64,000 nucleotides of DNA, taken from Camelus ferus. Its lineage: Eukaryota. The position numbers and the translations under genes are program-made. Shown here piece after piece: positions 10,688 through 22,300 of the stretch. The DNA is taken from the NCBI RefSeq assembly GCF_009834535.1, contig NC_045696.1, positions 4,032,001 to 4,096,000 on the forward strand, written 5' to 3'. The notes below the pieces were generated by a model that was not told the DNA's origin, made no database searches, and was given only the letters and a program-made list of their open reading frames with translations. How positions within the stretch are numbered: position 1 is the stretch's first letter; every line of letters starts with the position of its first letter.

Positions 10688-13600
10688 GTCATTTTTCCCA
10701 GACATTTCTCTGACACGTTCTTTATTTGGGTGAGGAAGTTGTAAATGACAGCAGGTGGGAGCCAGGGGAGCGGTCGATGGGCGCTGAGGCTGCCCTCCAT
10801 GCTGGGTCAGGTCAGAAAGAACAGTTGAGCAAAGGAATGTGCTCAGTTATGTACAAGAGGCTGAAGGGAAATGGGGAACAAAGTTAAGAAATGGAGCAGA
10901 ATGGGGAGTAATGGGCAGTCGCCGTTTATAATGTGTGCTGCTCAGGTGTGCAGTCTGCTTCATCACTGGGCACCTGGCACAGGGCTGAAAGGTCCAAGCC
11001 CGAGTCCAGAGGGGTCGCTGCCCCCCCAGTGGGGTTTTGCAGGAGGTGCAGGGCCAGCAGGCAGGGAGGGCAGAATATTCAGCATGAGCTGCCCAAACAG
11101 CACGGTGGGGTCCTGACTGCCCCCCTGGACTGAGCAGAGCTGGGGACACTCACAGGCACCCGGTCAGAGAGGGAGTGACTGCCTGGATATCTGTCCACTC
11201 CCAGGCCAAGCTGGACAACCATCCAGCCCCCGCCCACCCTCCATCCCAGATCCCTCTGACACTCAGGGCTCAGTGATCTCAGGGCTTTGGGACGCTGTGG
11301 AATTTATGCACAAGAGAGGGCGCTCAGGCTACTCGGCGCCCCCTCGTGTCTGGCCTGAGTAACTGCTCCAGTACCAGGCATCCTGGCCACCAAGGGCAGC
11401 ATCTGCCTAGACCCGAACCAGCCAGAGGGTCAGTGTTGCCAAGGGTTCTTTGCTGTTGTTTCAGTTTTCCCAGCGAGTCCTCCACAGGATGGAGGGAGAA
11501 AGCCGACAGTATGTGCTTCAGAGATCGGGAATTTCCCCAGGGAACAAGTCTGCAGGGAGCTCAGAAGGTGCTGACAGTTGCTTTCCTTTTAGCCACAAGA
11601 AGCAGGGGTCTCGGTGCCCCCCAGGCCTGTCTGACCAGCCATCGATAGGGGGAAAGTACACTGTCCCTCCTCCCAAGGAGGGACAGGGAGAGACAGCCCT
11701 GGAGTCCACTCAGTGTGACCCCTCACTCAGTGGGGGTGGGGCTCAGACAAGCTGTGAACTGCCCCTCCCCCATCGCCCATCCCCATCTCCACCCATGAGG
11801 GGCAGCTCCGGGATCAGAACCTGCATCTCCAGACCCTGCTGCCTGCTCCACAGCACTGGCTCGAAGGTCCATCAACCTGTGCAGAGTAGACTAGATTAGC
11901 ACAGATGCCCACTCACAGGACCTCCAGGCAAGCCTGGGGCTCAGTTCACCTCATAGGACAGAGCTGAGTTTGGAGCAGAGCAAGGAGAGGGGCCAGATAA
12001 CACTGGACTGACCAATGCAGGGCCTGACGTCAGCAGGTGCTCAGTAAATGTTCTGGGATGGAGTGGGCATGGGTTACTCTGGGTACGTGTCCAGATGACC
12101 TTCTGGGTTCGTGACTATCTTCTAAGATGCTATGGAGCACCTGCCTTTATTATTTTCCTCTTCGAGCAAAAAGCAAAAACAAAAGCAACCGGACAGCCAG
12201 GGTGAATTTCCTCCATTAGTTTCTGTTTGGGGGGAAAGGAATCCAGTCCGAGTGGCCGGTCGGCCACCAGGGAGCTGTAAGGCAGCAGAATGGGCAACGG
12301 CCTTGGCTTTCTGTGGTTCAGTGGGTCCAAATGGATCAGTGGATTCTCAGGGGATTGTAAGAACAGGGCCTTTAATCATAGCAAAGCAATGGCTCAAACA
12401 CCAAAATTCATGGGGTTAATTTATTTTAAATGAGGTAGCTGGTACGCAGTGAATTTTGTAAATGTTTCTTTGGGAGCCACATAAATTGTAGCCCTTTTGT
12501 TAAAACACCGGTTGAACCCGGGGGAGAGCTCTGGCCGGTGTCACCTCATGCGTCACCGTCTCTGGATCCAAAGCCGAAAGTGCCGTGGCCATGGGATTTG
12601 ACTCCAAGCTGGGGTGTGTGCGGCTCCTTTACAAAGTCAGGTTCAGGGGTAAAGCCTCGGTCAGAAGGGAAAACGTCTCTGAAATCAGGATCGGGTCAGG
12701 GAAACCATAGGAGAGCAAGAAGGAAAGAGCTGGGAACAGACCAGGGACCTGAGTTGAAGGCAGCGTGCCCTCCCTCCCCGTAAAGCTCAGGGAGAAGCGG
12801 ATCAAGGGGGATTCGTTTTCTGCTCTGGACTCACCACCTGCTGCAGCTGCGAGGAGCAAGGAAATGAGCAGCCCAGATCCCATGCATTTATTAAGACCCG
12901 TCTTTCCACTTTAATCAGTATTGGGGTTCATTTGTATCAAGCAAATTAACTTATGTCTCTATTAAATGTTTAAATACAAAAATGTCAGTATTTCCTAGTC
13001 TCAGCATCCTGGCTGATCTTTTAAGGGAAACCAACATCCTCCCAAAGTAAAGCCATTCACAAGGGGGCTCCGGAGTGACATGCATCATGGAAACTCGGAA
13101 GGGCCAGCGCCTTGCCCACGTGGACAATTTTAGGTGAACGGTCGGTCTTCCTTATTCCCGGATCCCTTACTGGTGGATTCACCTACTCGCCACAATTTGC
13201 TTGTTACCCTACAGCATTACTAGCAGCGCTTCTGTGGATGCGGGCAGAGGGGAAAGAAACTGGGCTGCCCACTGAGGTGGCACAGGGGGACCTGCCTGTC
13301 GCTTCCACTCAGACTGCTCACAGGGACCCTTTCCACAGCCCGTGTAGTGCCGTGTTTTCTTCGCTTTTGCACTCTTCGCTGCCGATTTCCCTGTCAAAGC
13401 GGCCCCACGCACAGCGGGAGGAGCTGTCTAGGGGCGAGGGCAGGAAGGCTGGGCCGCGCCCCCTGGGGAAGCCACGTGGTTAGATGAGCGTCCCTCAGGA
13501 GTGAGCCCAGGGCTGCCGGCTGTGAGCTCAGTGTCAGTGAACCAACGACACACACCAGCGAGGTGTCTTTAAACGAACACACACTGAACAGGGTTGTATA

Positions 13601-14589
13601 CCGATCGGTGACAAAGACCGGAGGCTGGCAGCCACCTGACCCTGTTTGTGCCTGAGCAGCACGGATTCAGGTTTCACCGACTGAATGCTCGCGAGGACTC
13701 TGTACAACGTAATTACCTCAAATAACCAGAATCAGCTGCATTTAAGAATATTGCCTGACAAACGTGTGCTTTCTTTACCTTTTCCTCATAGCTTGTCCCA
13801 TAACTTTAACCCAACTTGACCTAATGAAGACAGTCAGCAGTCATTGTTCTCTGATCACCTGCTGTGTGCTGGGAACTCCTGGATGTGGGGAACTGGGAGA
13901 GTAAGAATGGGCTTCTGTCTGAGGCAGGGAACACTCACCCCGTCTCTCTCTCTCACTCGTGTCACACCCTCCAGGGCCGGGGACACTCGCTATTGACGAA
14001 GCAGCTAACACACGAGCTCACAGGGGTTTGAGGAAGACAGCTCCTGGGACGAGATGCTGGACTCCAGCTTGGGCAGGCTGGGTCTGAGGACGCGTGGGAC
14101 ACTGGGCAGAGAGCTCGAGAAGAGTTTGGTCTCAGGGTCTGAATCTGGGAGAAGAGGGAGGCACAGGCGATGGCCATTCAGGAGCTGTCCTCAAGTCAGC
14201 TCGGACCGGCCGGGCCGTGGGAATGGGGGTCAGCCCTCATGTGGGATGCCCACTTCCAGTGAGGCCTCCCTCGGCTTGCCCAAGCCCACAGCCTCCCAGC
14301 AGGGCCCTCTTGAAGCCTTTCCTTTTCTCGGCGATAAAGCTTCCCTACTCCGCTGCCTGCCTTTGAGTCTCTGCCAAAATGCAAGTGATGTGGCTGCCGC
14401 CCTTGCTATAACGAGATGTGACCAAGCACCTTTGCTTGTTCCCCTTTGGGTGGCCTTCCGTGACTTCCACTCTTGTTGTGAACAAAACCCCAGATGCACA
14501 GTAATGCTGGGAGGGGAAAGGGGCCTGTGCGTGTGTGTGTGCGTGTGCGTGGTGTGCCTGGGACAAGAAGGAAGAGCAGCGAACACATC

Positions 14590-15078
14590 TGTTTCTTTAC
14601 TCCTGGGTTTTATTCAAGTGTAGCCCATGACTAGGTTGTTTTCTTGTCACAGAACGAGTTCAGAGACGAGATGCGGAGGTTAAAAAATAAAGTACGGATT
14701 TATTAAGGGATGGACAGTACACTCTCAGGGGAGAGCGGGCAGGCTCAGGAGAGCGGCTGCCCTGAGTTTCTTTGGCAAGTTGGTCACACAGGGTGTAAAA
14801 ATGAGTGGGTGGAATCGTCCCTGGGGAGGGAGGGGTTTCGGGTCCTATTCCCTCATTTCCATCCCAGCTCCTCCTTCCCGAGGGAGGAGAGATGTGTGTC
14901 CTTACTTAGTCCGGATGGGAAGTGTCACAGCGCTGGTGCTTGACGGGCACTTCTGATCTGCGAGGCTCACTTCACTGTAATGAGGACACAATGAGCAGAA
15001 GGTTACGTTTGTCCTGACACTGGAGACTCCTGCTTTTCCTCACTGTTCTTCGTCAGCCTCCAGGCACTTGTCTCCTCA
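14590..15078 (-). mobile_element. ERV1-class solo LTR candidate
   Basis: tg...ctcctca bounded, about 490 bp, minus-strand AATAAA (tttatt at about 14700) in the usual LTR position; no clear TSD. Confidence 0.55.
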
Positions 15079-15703
15079 AAATGTGTGACTGCTTATCAGC
15101 CCAGAGTTTCCTGCTTTTCCTTCTCTGCCCAGGGACCCCTGGTGTTTACATGATGGAGGGTTTCCTGCATGTGTCCCGTGCCCCTCCTTTCTGCCCAATT
15201 CCTGCCATTTGTTCTGCGTCCCCCTTTCTCTGCTCATATCTAGCTTTCTGCCTGCTCTCACGCAGGGAGTATTCATTCTCCATGGATGTAGGAATGGGAA
15301 TGACAATATGCAAATTCTGTTTCTTCCTCCTCCTGACTACTTAGCCGGGCCATATTGCCCAGCCTGCCTTGCAGTTAGATGTGGCACCAGGCCTGACATC
15401 TGCCCACTGAGTGTGGGGGGAAGTGGGGTCCTGCTCCCAGGCCTGACTCCTGGAAGCCTTCCTTGCCGTCCTCACCTGCTGGCTGGATATTGAGGATCTG
15501 GTGGAAGGTTAAAGTCCAAGATGGTGAGGCCACTAAGTGGAAGGAGGCTGTTGACTTAAGGGACAGTGTGTCTCAGAACGCTGCCAACCTGCCTTGATCA
15601 CTGTGATGTGAGCAGGGAACACACTTGGATCGTGTTGAGCTGTAGAGATCTTAAGGTGTTTGTTGAGCAGTTAGCTCCCGCTTTGACCTGCTGGGAAGCC
15701 AGG

Positions 15704-16833
15704 TGTAGTTGCCTGAGTTGCGTCTCCCCAAAAGACACATCCAAGTCCTAACTCCCAGCGCCTGTGAATATGACCTTATTCGGAAGTAAAGATTTTGCAC
15801 GTGTGATTAAGCTAAGAATCTTGAGATGCGATCGTCCTGGATTTAGGGTGAGAGCTTAGTTCAATGACTGGCATCTTTAACAGAGAAAGGATAGAAGACT
15901 TGACATAAAGAGACAGAGAGGAAGACTGCAAAGGTCTCAGCCTCCAGCAGAGGTTGAGTGGTGCAGCTGCCAGTGAGGAGCACCAGGAGCGGCTGGAGCC
16001 GGCCGAAGCGGGCAAAGAGACTGGGACAGACCCTCCCTCGGAGCTCCGGGAGGAACCGGCCCTGCCCACGCCTGGGTTTCAGGCTTCCAGTTTCCAGAAC
16101 TGGGAGAAAACAACTTCTGTTGCTTTAAGCTATCTAGTTTGTGGTACTTTTGATACAGGAAAAATGTGGGGCGAGGGGAGGGCCATCCCCCCGGTCTCAG
16201 CTGAGTCCCTGGGATGCACCCCACCAAGAGGGGGTCCTTAGCTTCACGCAGGAGAGAATTCAAGAGTGAGCCACAGCTGAGTAAAGGCAGACGTATTCAG
16301 AGACACACACACTCCATGGACACTGCAGGCTGTCTCAGAAGGCAAGAGAAAGGCCACGAGGTGTGGGGGTGGATGTCAAGTTTAAAGTAAAACTAGACAC
16401 ACTCCCCTTAGACAGAGTGCCGGCCATCTCACCCAGCAGGGAGAGCAGCCATGAGGGGCGGGGCCGCTAGTTTTTATGGGCTGAGTAACTTCACATGCTA
16501 ACAAGTGGGAGGACTATTCCAACTGCTTTGGGGAAGGGGCTGGGTTTCCCAGGAACTGGGCCACCACCTGCTTTCTGACTGTTTATGGTCAGCTTGGGAC
16601 CTGTCAGGGCACCTGTGGGAGTGCCATTTACCGCGTTAGTATATTACCGCGAGCCTATAATGAAGCTCAAGTCCACTAGAGTCAAAGCTCCCGCCTTCCT
16701 GGGCCTCGAGGACCCCTGCGCGTTGGGCCATCCGCCACCTTGGTGTTAATTGCTGCATCATTCCTTGAACGTCTGTGCCTGCCCCCTTCGCTGCTGTCTC
16801 ACTTTATTATGGAAGCCTCAGGAAACTCATACA
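15704..16833 (+). mobile_element. MLT1 (MaLR) LTR split by a nested ERV1 LTR
   Basis: tgt...cctgtgaatatgaccttattcggaag...tttaagctatctagtttgtggtacttt | insertion | ctttattatggaagcctcaggaaactcataca. Confidence 0.85.
16151..16801 (-). mobile_element. MER41-like ERV1 solo LTR, 651 bp, 4-bp TSD CTTT
   Basis: TG...CA termini; CTTT at 16147-16150 and 16802-16805; ccaagagggggtccttagcttcacgcaggagagaattcaagagtgagcc resembles the MER41 consensus as remembered. Confidence 0.75.
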
Positions 16834-17254
16834 CTTGGCCCCAGGCATCCTCCTTGAATGCCTCGCCCCCGGGTTTGGGGGCCAGTCCTGAGGTGGTAAA
16901 TGAGATGCTTTGGTTGAGGTAACGTGTGTGTCTACATATGTGTGAAATGCATTAAACATGTAGGGGGAGCGTTGACTCTACAACTGATGGAACAGACATA
17001 AACACCAGAGCTTATTTTTCTCAGACTTCATTTTTCGCAGCAGCATTTACAATGTGAAAGGGTTGGATTCCACTTTTCAGTTACGTTGCTGACTGTTTGT
17101 ACATGTGATGCAATTTGTAAAATGAGGGGGGAAATCCAAACAGAAAAAAAGGATGGCACCTAAACTGCGACCATTGTTTTGTCTTTTAAATTCTCTCCCC
17201 ATAGGCTTTAGATTCAATATTACAAAGTTCTTTGGAACCAGAGTGACTTTGTAA

Positions 17255-18155
17255 AGCCAGGACCCCTGCTTCTGCCACTTGTATTTAGCACAGCATTGGA
17301 AGCCCCAGCCAGAGCGGTCAGGTGCGACAAGAAATAAGAGGCGTCCAAGTCAGGAAGGAAGAAGCCAAGTCATCTCTGTCCACAGGTGATGTCAGAAAAC
17401 CAGAAACAGTCCACGAAAAGATTGTTATAATCACTAAATGAATTCAACAAAATAGAAAGATAAAAAATTAAAAATAAAAATGAGTTACATTATATAAACT
17501 AACAATGAACAATATGAAAAGGAAATTAAGAAAACAATTTCATTTACAGTAGCCACCAAAAGGAATAAAAAACTTGGTAATTAACTAAAGACTTGCAAAA
17601 CTTATACATGAAAACTACAGTATTTCTTCGAAAAACCATAGAAAACACAAATAAATGGAAAGATATCCTCTGCTTATGGACTGAACAACTTGATATTAAG
17701 ATGAAATTACTACCCAAAACGATCTATGGATTCAGTGCAAATTCTATCAAAATCCCAAAGACATTTTTTGCAAAGATAGCCTAAAACCCCATTCTAAAAT
17801 CTCTATGGAAATTGACATTGAACAGCCAAAATAATGACCTCGAACAAAGCTGGAGGAGCCATACCCCCTGATTTCCAAACTTACTACAAACCTACAATTG
17901 TCAAAACATTGTGGTAACAGCATAAACACAAGCATGTGGACCAATGGAGCAGAACTGAGAGCCTAGGAACAAGACATGATGCTTGCGTTAAAATGGTTTT
18001 TGACAAGGTGCCAAGATCAATATGGATAAACAGCCTTCTCAACAAAGGGAGCTGGGAAACTGGGCATCCACATGCAACAGAGTGACGTTGGACCCTTATC
18101 TAACACCACGCACAAAAACAGACTCAAAATCTTATCAAAGACCTAAATGTAGGAA
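17255..18155 (+). mobile_element. Degenerate L1 ORF2 fragment
   Basis: ORF 17593-17784 (NKWKDILCLW...LLPKTIYGFSANSIKIPKTFF) matches the L1 ORF2 C-terminal region. Confidence 0.88.
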
Positions 18156-19108
18156 CTGGCTGGAAGAGCTTTAGAAGTGAGGGCTGCTCTGTGGACAAGG
18201 AGGTAAAGAAAAAAAGAAGATGTCTTTGTTGGAGTGAAGAATTACTGGCATTTTTGAACACCTGCTTTGGGACATGTGGTTTGTAGAAATGGTTTCACAT
18301 CACCTTCTTACATTCTCGTTTTTAGCATGAGGGCATTGTACCTCAGTGTGAAGAAGAAAATAAACTAGCCGTGACCCTCCAGTCTAGCGATGACCACTGG
18401 TAAGAAGCTCTGTGTTCTTAAAAAATTATCTCCTTATTAAAATTTTTTAAGAATCAACACAGAAATGGGAAATCACACACTACAAAATAATACAAATGAA
18501 AAAAGGTATCACTGGACCTCTTTTCTCCTGGGGGACAGGGAAACGCCATCACAGCAAATGATGAGAAGCAGGTGTCATGACCGAATTCATCTGCAAGGGA
18601 CCAGCTAAGGGACACCATCCCAAACAACCAAAGCCTGGATTTAAGCTGTAGCCTTGGGGAGTCTCCACAATTCGCTTATTTGATGAGACAGTTAATAAGG
18701 GGCTACTATGTGCTACGTACCATGTGAGAGTCTGGAAATACAAAAGAACAAGAGGCTGACCTTACCCCTCCTCTGGGGTCACACAGTCGAATGGGGAGGG
18801 GTGACAAATTAACAAAGAACGGCAGCGGTGTTTAAGAACTCTGTAACTGGAGGCTACAGGACACAAGGGCTGCAGAGCTCCCTCTTCACGGAGGATGGGG
18901 AGGACCTCCTGGCAGAGGAGACAGCTCTGAGCATGGATGCACTTCAGGTAGAAACTCTGGTGCTGAGAGAAGGACCGTGAAGATGGACCCGGACAGTAAC
19001 AGAAAACTCCGACCCCGAAGGAGAAGCCACTTCCCGTGCCGCCTCCCTTCCGTGACACACAGAAGCAAAACCCAGAAGTGCTGCCGTTCTTTCGGGAGCC
19101 TGTTCTTT

Positions 19109-19339
19109 TCAGAGTGAGAACTGATAGAGGGCTCGCCGAGCCTGATCAAGCCGGTGAATTTTCTCCTTAAGGACTCTCCTCTTGGCAGAGGTGTCGCTCT
19201 GTTCCTGAAGCAGCCAGGAATACTGCTGTTTCTCCTGTAGCGTCTGCATCATGGCTTTCTGCACGTGGTCGCCGTTCTCTTGGAGCATAAAGTACTGAAT
19301 GATGAGTGGGATCTGGTTGGAAAGACGTTTGCTGGTTTC
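19109..19339 (-). CDS. MX2: MX2 terminal coding exon, 231 nt including TGA
   Basis: Encodes [76 protein letters not shown]. Confidence 0.95.
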   Translation of the reverse strand, partial: ETSKRLSNQIPLIIQYFMLQENGDHVQKAMMQTLQEKQQYSWLLQEQSDTSAKRRVLKEKIHRLDQARRALYQFSL

Positions 19340-22300
19340 CTGGAAGGGGGAAGAAGGGTCAGCAGGAGGGGTCTCAGCCCAAGGCCTGTGGTTGCAGAGA
19401 GGAGTCCTCGGACGCATGGATGGTCGCCTTGGGAGGTCCTGGTGTCAGGCCCACCTCCACTCCAGGGTCAGCACCAAACCAAGGGAAGGATCTGCTTGAG
19501 TTGCCCACTTTTCACTACCCAGGCATGCCCTCTGGCAATAAGAACCCACCTGTAGGCCGGCACACCCATACCACCTTCTGGACAGCCCAGCCTTCCCAGG
19601 GGCTCCTCCCCCTCCCCCACTTCACCTCCCCGAGGAGACCTCCCGGCCCCGGGACCCCGCGGGCCTCTGGGAGTGAGTCGGGATCTCCTGTAAGCAGCTC
19701 TTTTGCTCCTTTCCTGTTTGCCCATTTCTGTTCCTGTCAAACCTTATACAAATGAGATCACTAGGTAACATTTGGCCTGACTCCTGACTTACGCTCAATG
19801 GAATGTACGCAATGAGTTGAATCTTTCCCTAGATTAAAAGAAGTCGGAATGAAGAATTAAGTAGTTAAAGAATGGCCAGCTCTCTATCCCAACAGCCCCG
19901 TTTGCAATCCTGCAGGCAGACCACGTGGACGAGGTGATGCTGAAGAAGGAGCACAAGGAGGCACCAGCCCGCACGCAGTGGGCAATGACGCAGAGCCTAA
20001 CCTCCCACCTCAGGGATGTACTGAGGTCACTTCCCTTTTCTCCCTTTAAAACCTGTCATGGCTGAGCAGAATCTTCAGACTTGGTTTTGGGGGACCTGGG
20101 TCTACCTTCTCCCCAGACTGCCGGCCTTCTGATAAGGCACCTTTCCTTCCTACCAACACTTGCCTTTGAACAGTGACTTCTGCGCAGCGAGCAGCTGGAC
20201 CTGAGTTTGGTGGCACTGCTCCAGTGCTGCCTCCTTCCCTCTCTTCCTCAGCGTCTCCAGAAGGCCTGGCAGCTGGACCCCACAACTGGGTGACTCTACT
20301 TTCTGTTCTGATCAAGAAAGGACTGCAGGAGTTGGGCTTCCTTGCAGTTTAACAGCTACCGTCCTCTCCATGCACCCTAAGACTTTAGCCTGTGGGCGGA
20401 GGGTCGGGAACCATGAAGCTGAGAGGGTCGCAGCACCTAGGGAAAGGCTTTTCCATTCCTGATGTGGAGCTAGTGAATTCGAGGCACTTCAAGAGCTGAG
20501 GGCCTTCTGAACATTAAGGAAGCAAAATTGTGACCAGTAAAGTTAGTGCTTGCTGTGTTTTGCCGCATTCTGATAGCAGTTTTGTAATTTATGCATAGCA
20601 TGAAACATATGGAACTCTGGAGCTGGAATTAATTTTGAGGACATGCTCTGCCACATTGAGAACCTGATTTGGGGCAAAGTAATGAACACAGGCTCCACAG
20701 GGTGACTGTCAACTACAAGGGGGCGACGTATGAGAAACGGGTCACAGCAGAAGGGGCCTGACACACGGCGGTGCCCCTCCCCTCCTTGCTCAGGTGAGCA
20801 GCTGTCAACCAGGGTAGCCAGTCTCGGCTCGGAGGGGCCACAGTGCTGACCCGTGCACCTGCACACTCACCAGGAAATACGCATTCAGGTGGACCCCGAT
20901 CTCAGTGATGGAGGAAACCGAAGACGGGTCATTTAAAGAGCCTGATTTCAACTGGAGATTCTGTGAAGGCTTTCCCACTGAGTTAAAAATCTCTTCTCGG
21001 ACTTTGCTCAGAACCACGCTGTAAATCTGGTCTTGGCAATAAACCAGGTGCTCCATCTTGAACTGAAGTCGGATGAACCTTTCTGCTCTTTCTGCTTGTT
21101 GTGATTTTATGTCTTCGATCTTGTTCTGGGTGGGTAAGAAAGAGAAACACATTACTTCTCTTTGTCCCCCTGCTGTGAAAATGACTGAGAAAGTACCGTC
21201 ACACTGAACGCTGTTACGCCTGAGGCCGTCAGTGGCGGCTTTCAGGAGGCCCCGGCTCGGCCTGCGCTGCCGTCCTGCCCGGGCCTGCGCGGTGGCTCCG
21301 CCGCGGCTCCAGCCAGGCCCGCCCTCCGTGCTGCCTGGGTTTTCCCTCCGCCCCGACCTCCGTCTCCTCCCACACCCCCGCCTTTCTGCTCCCTCAGCTG
21401 TGCTTCGGTCTGCATCTGTGCATCCACACTCTGGGGTCTCTGGCTGGCTTCAGTCCAAGCTTTCAGAACGACTCCTGTGCTAACGAACGCGGTGGGGCAG
21501 CAGCTCGACACCCGTGTTTCCCCAAAGCCCTGCGACTCCCGCGACCCCGCACAGGCAGAGGCCCCGGGAAGGGCGGGGACGCACAGTGCAGGGAGTCACT
21601 TCTGGGTTTTCGAGTTTCCACAGGACGTTCGTACGCTGAGGGTGGAGAGAGTGGTTGGAGAGAAGAGGGAGCCTGTGAGCTTCACGAAGGCAGGCTGCCC
21701 TTCTGTTCTGGAGAGTGCGTGGCCAAAAGCATGTATGTGGCAGCCCCGCTCCCAGGACTGAAGTCTGAGAGCAGGAGTGGGCCGTGTGTCACTTCCCACA
21801 AGGAGTGACACGGAGGACACGAGACCCTGGGCCCCGATGCGGCTCTGGGGCAGAGAGCAGATGGCAGGGAGCGTGTCTGGGTGGGAGCCCGGTCACGGTG
21901 GGGGGCAGTGTGGCCCCGGAGCTGTGCCCAGTCTTCCAAGGACGGCAGAGGGGACTGGAGGCCCTTGGGCGGCAGCTGTCTCCTCGTCCCCGGAGCAGCC
22001 CGTGCTGCTGCAGGGAGCCCCAGGCCCTGGCAGGGCTGGGCCAGAGCTCAGCAGGACCGACCCCGCAGGCAGGAGCATGAGGCTCCCAGGGCACCAGCCA
22101 CCCAGGCCCTCAGGGGACTGCGTGCATCTTGAAAGCTGCCAGCCTGGAGGGTGGTGGTGAAGGACCAGGCCTGTCACCCACCCCCTGAGGAGGTGCCCCG
22201 GGACTTAGGCACAGCCTCTGGGAAAGGCAGAGAGAGAGGTCGGAAATGAAGTTCAGTTTTCACCAACTGGCCAAAGAGGTGAAAGCAGAAATTGTTTTGC

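Noticed and set aside
10800..14500. TMPRSS2 3' end (downstream neighbour of MX1 in human)
   Set aside because: No serine-protease exon is recognisable in any frame.
17593..17784. Standalone protein-coding ORF
   Set aside because: Frameshifted remnant of L1 ORF2; the same applies to small ORFs at 5580, 28063, 28175 and their duplicates.
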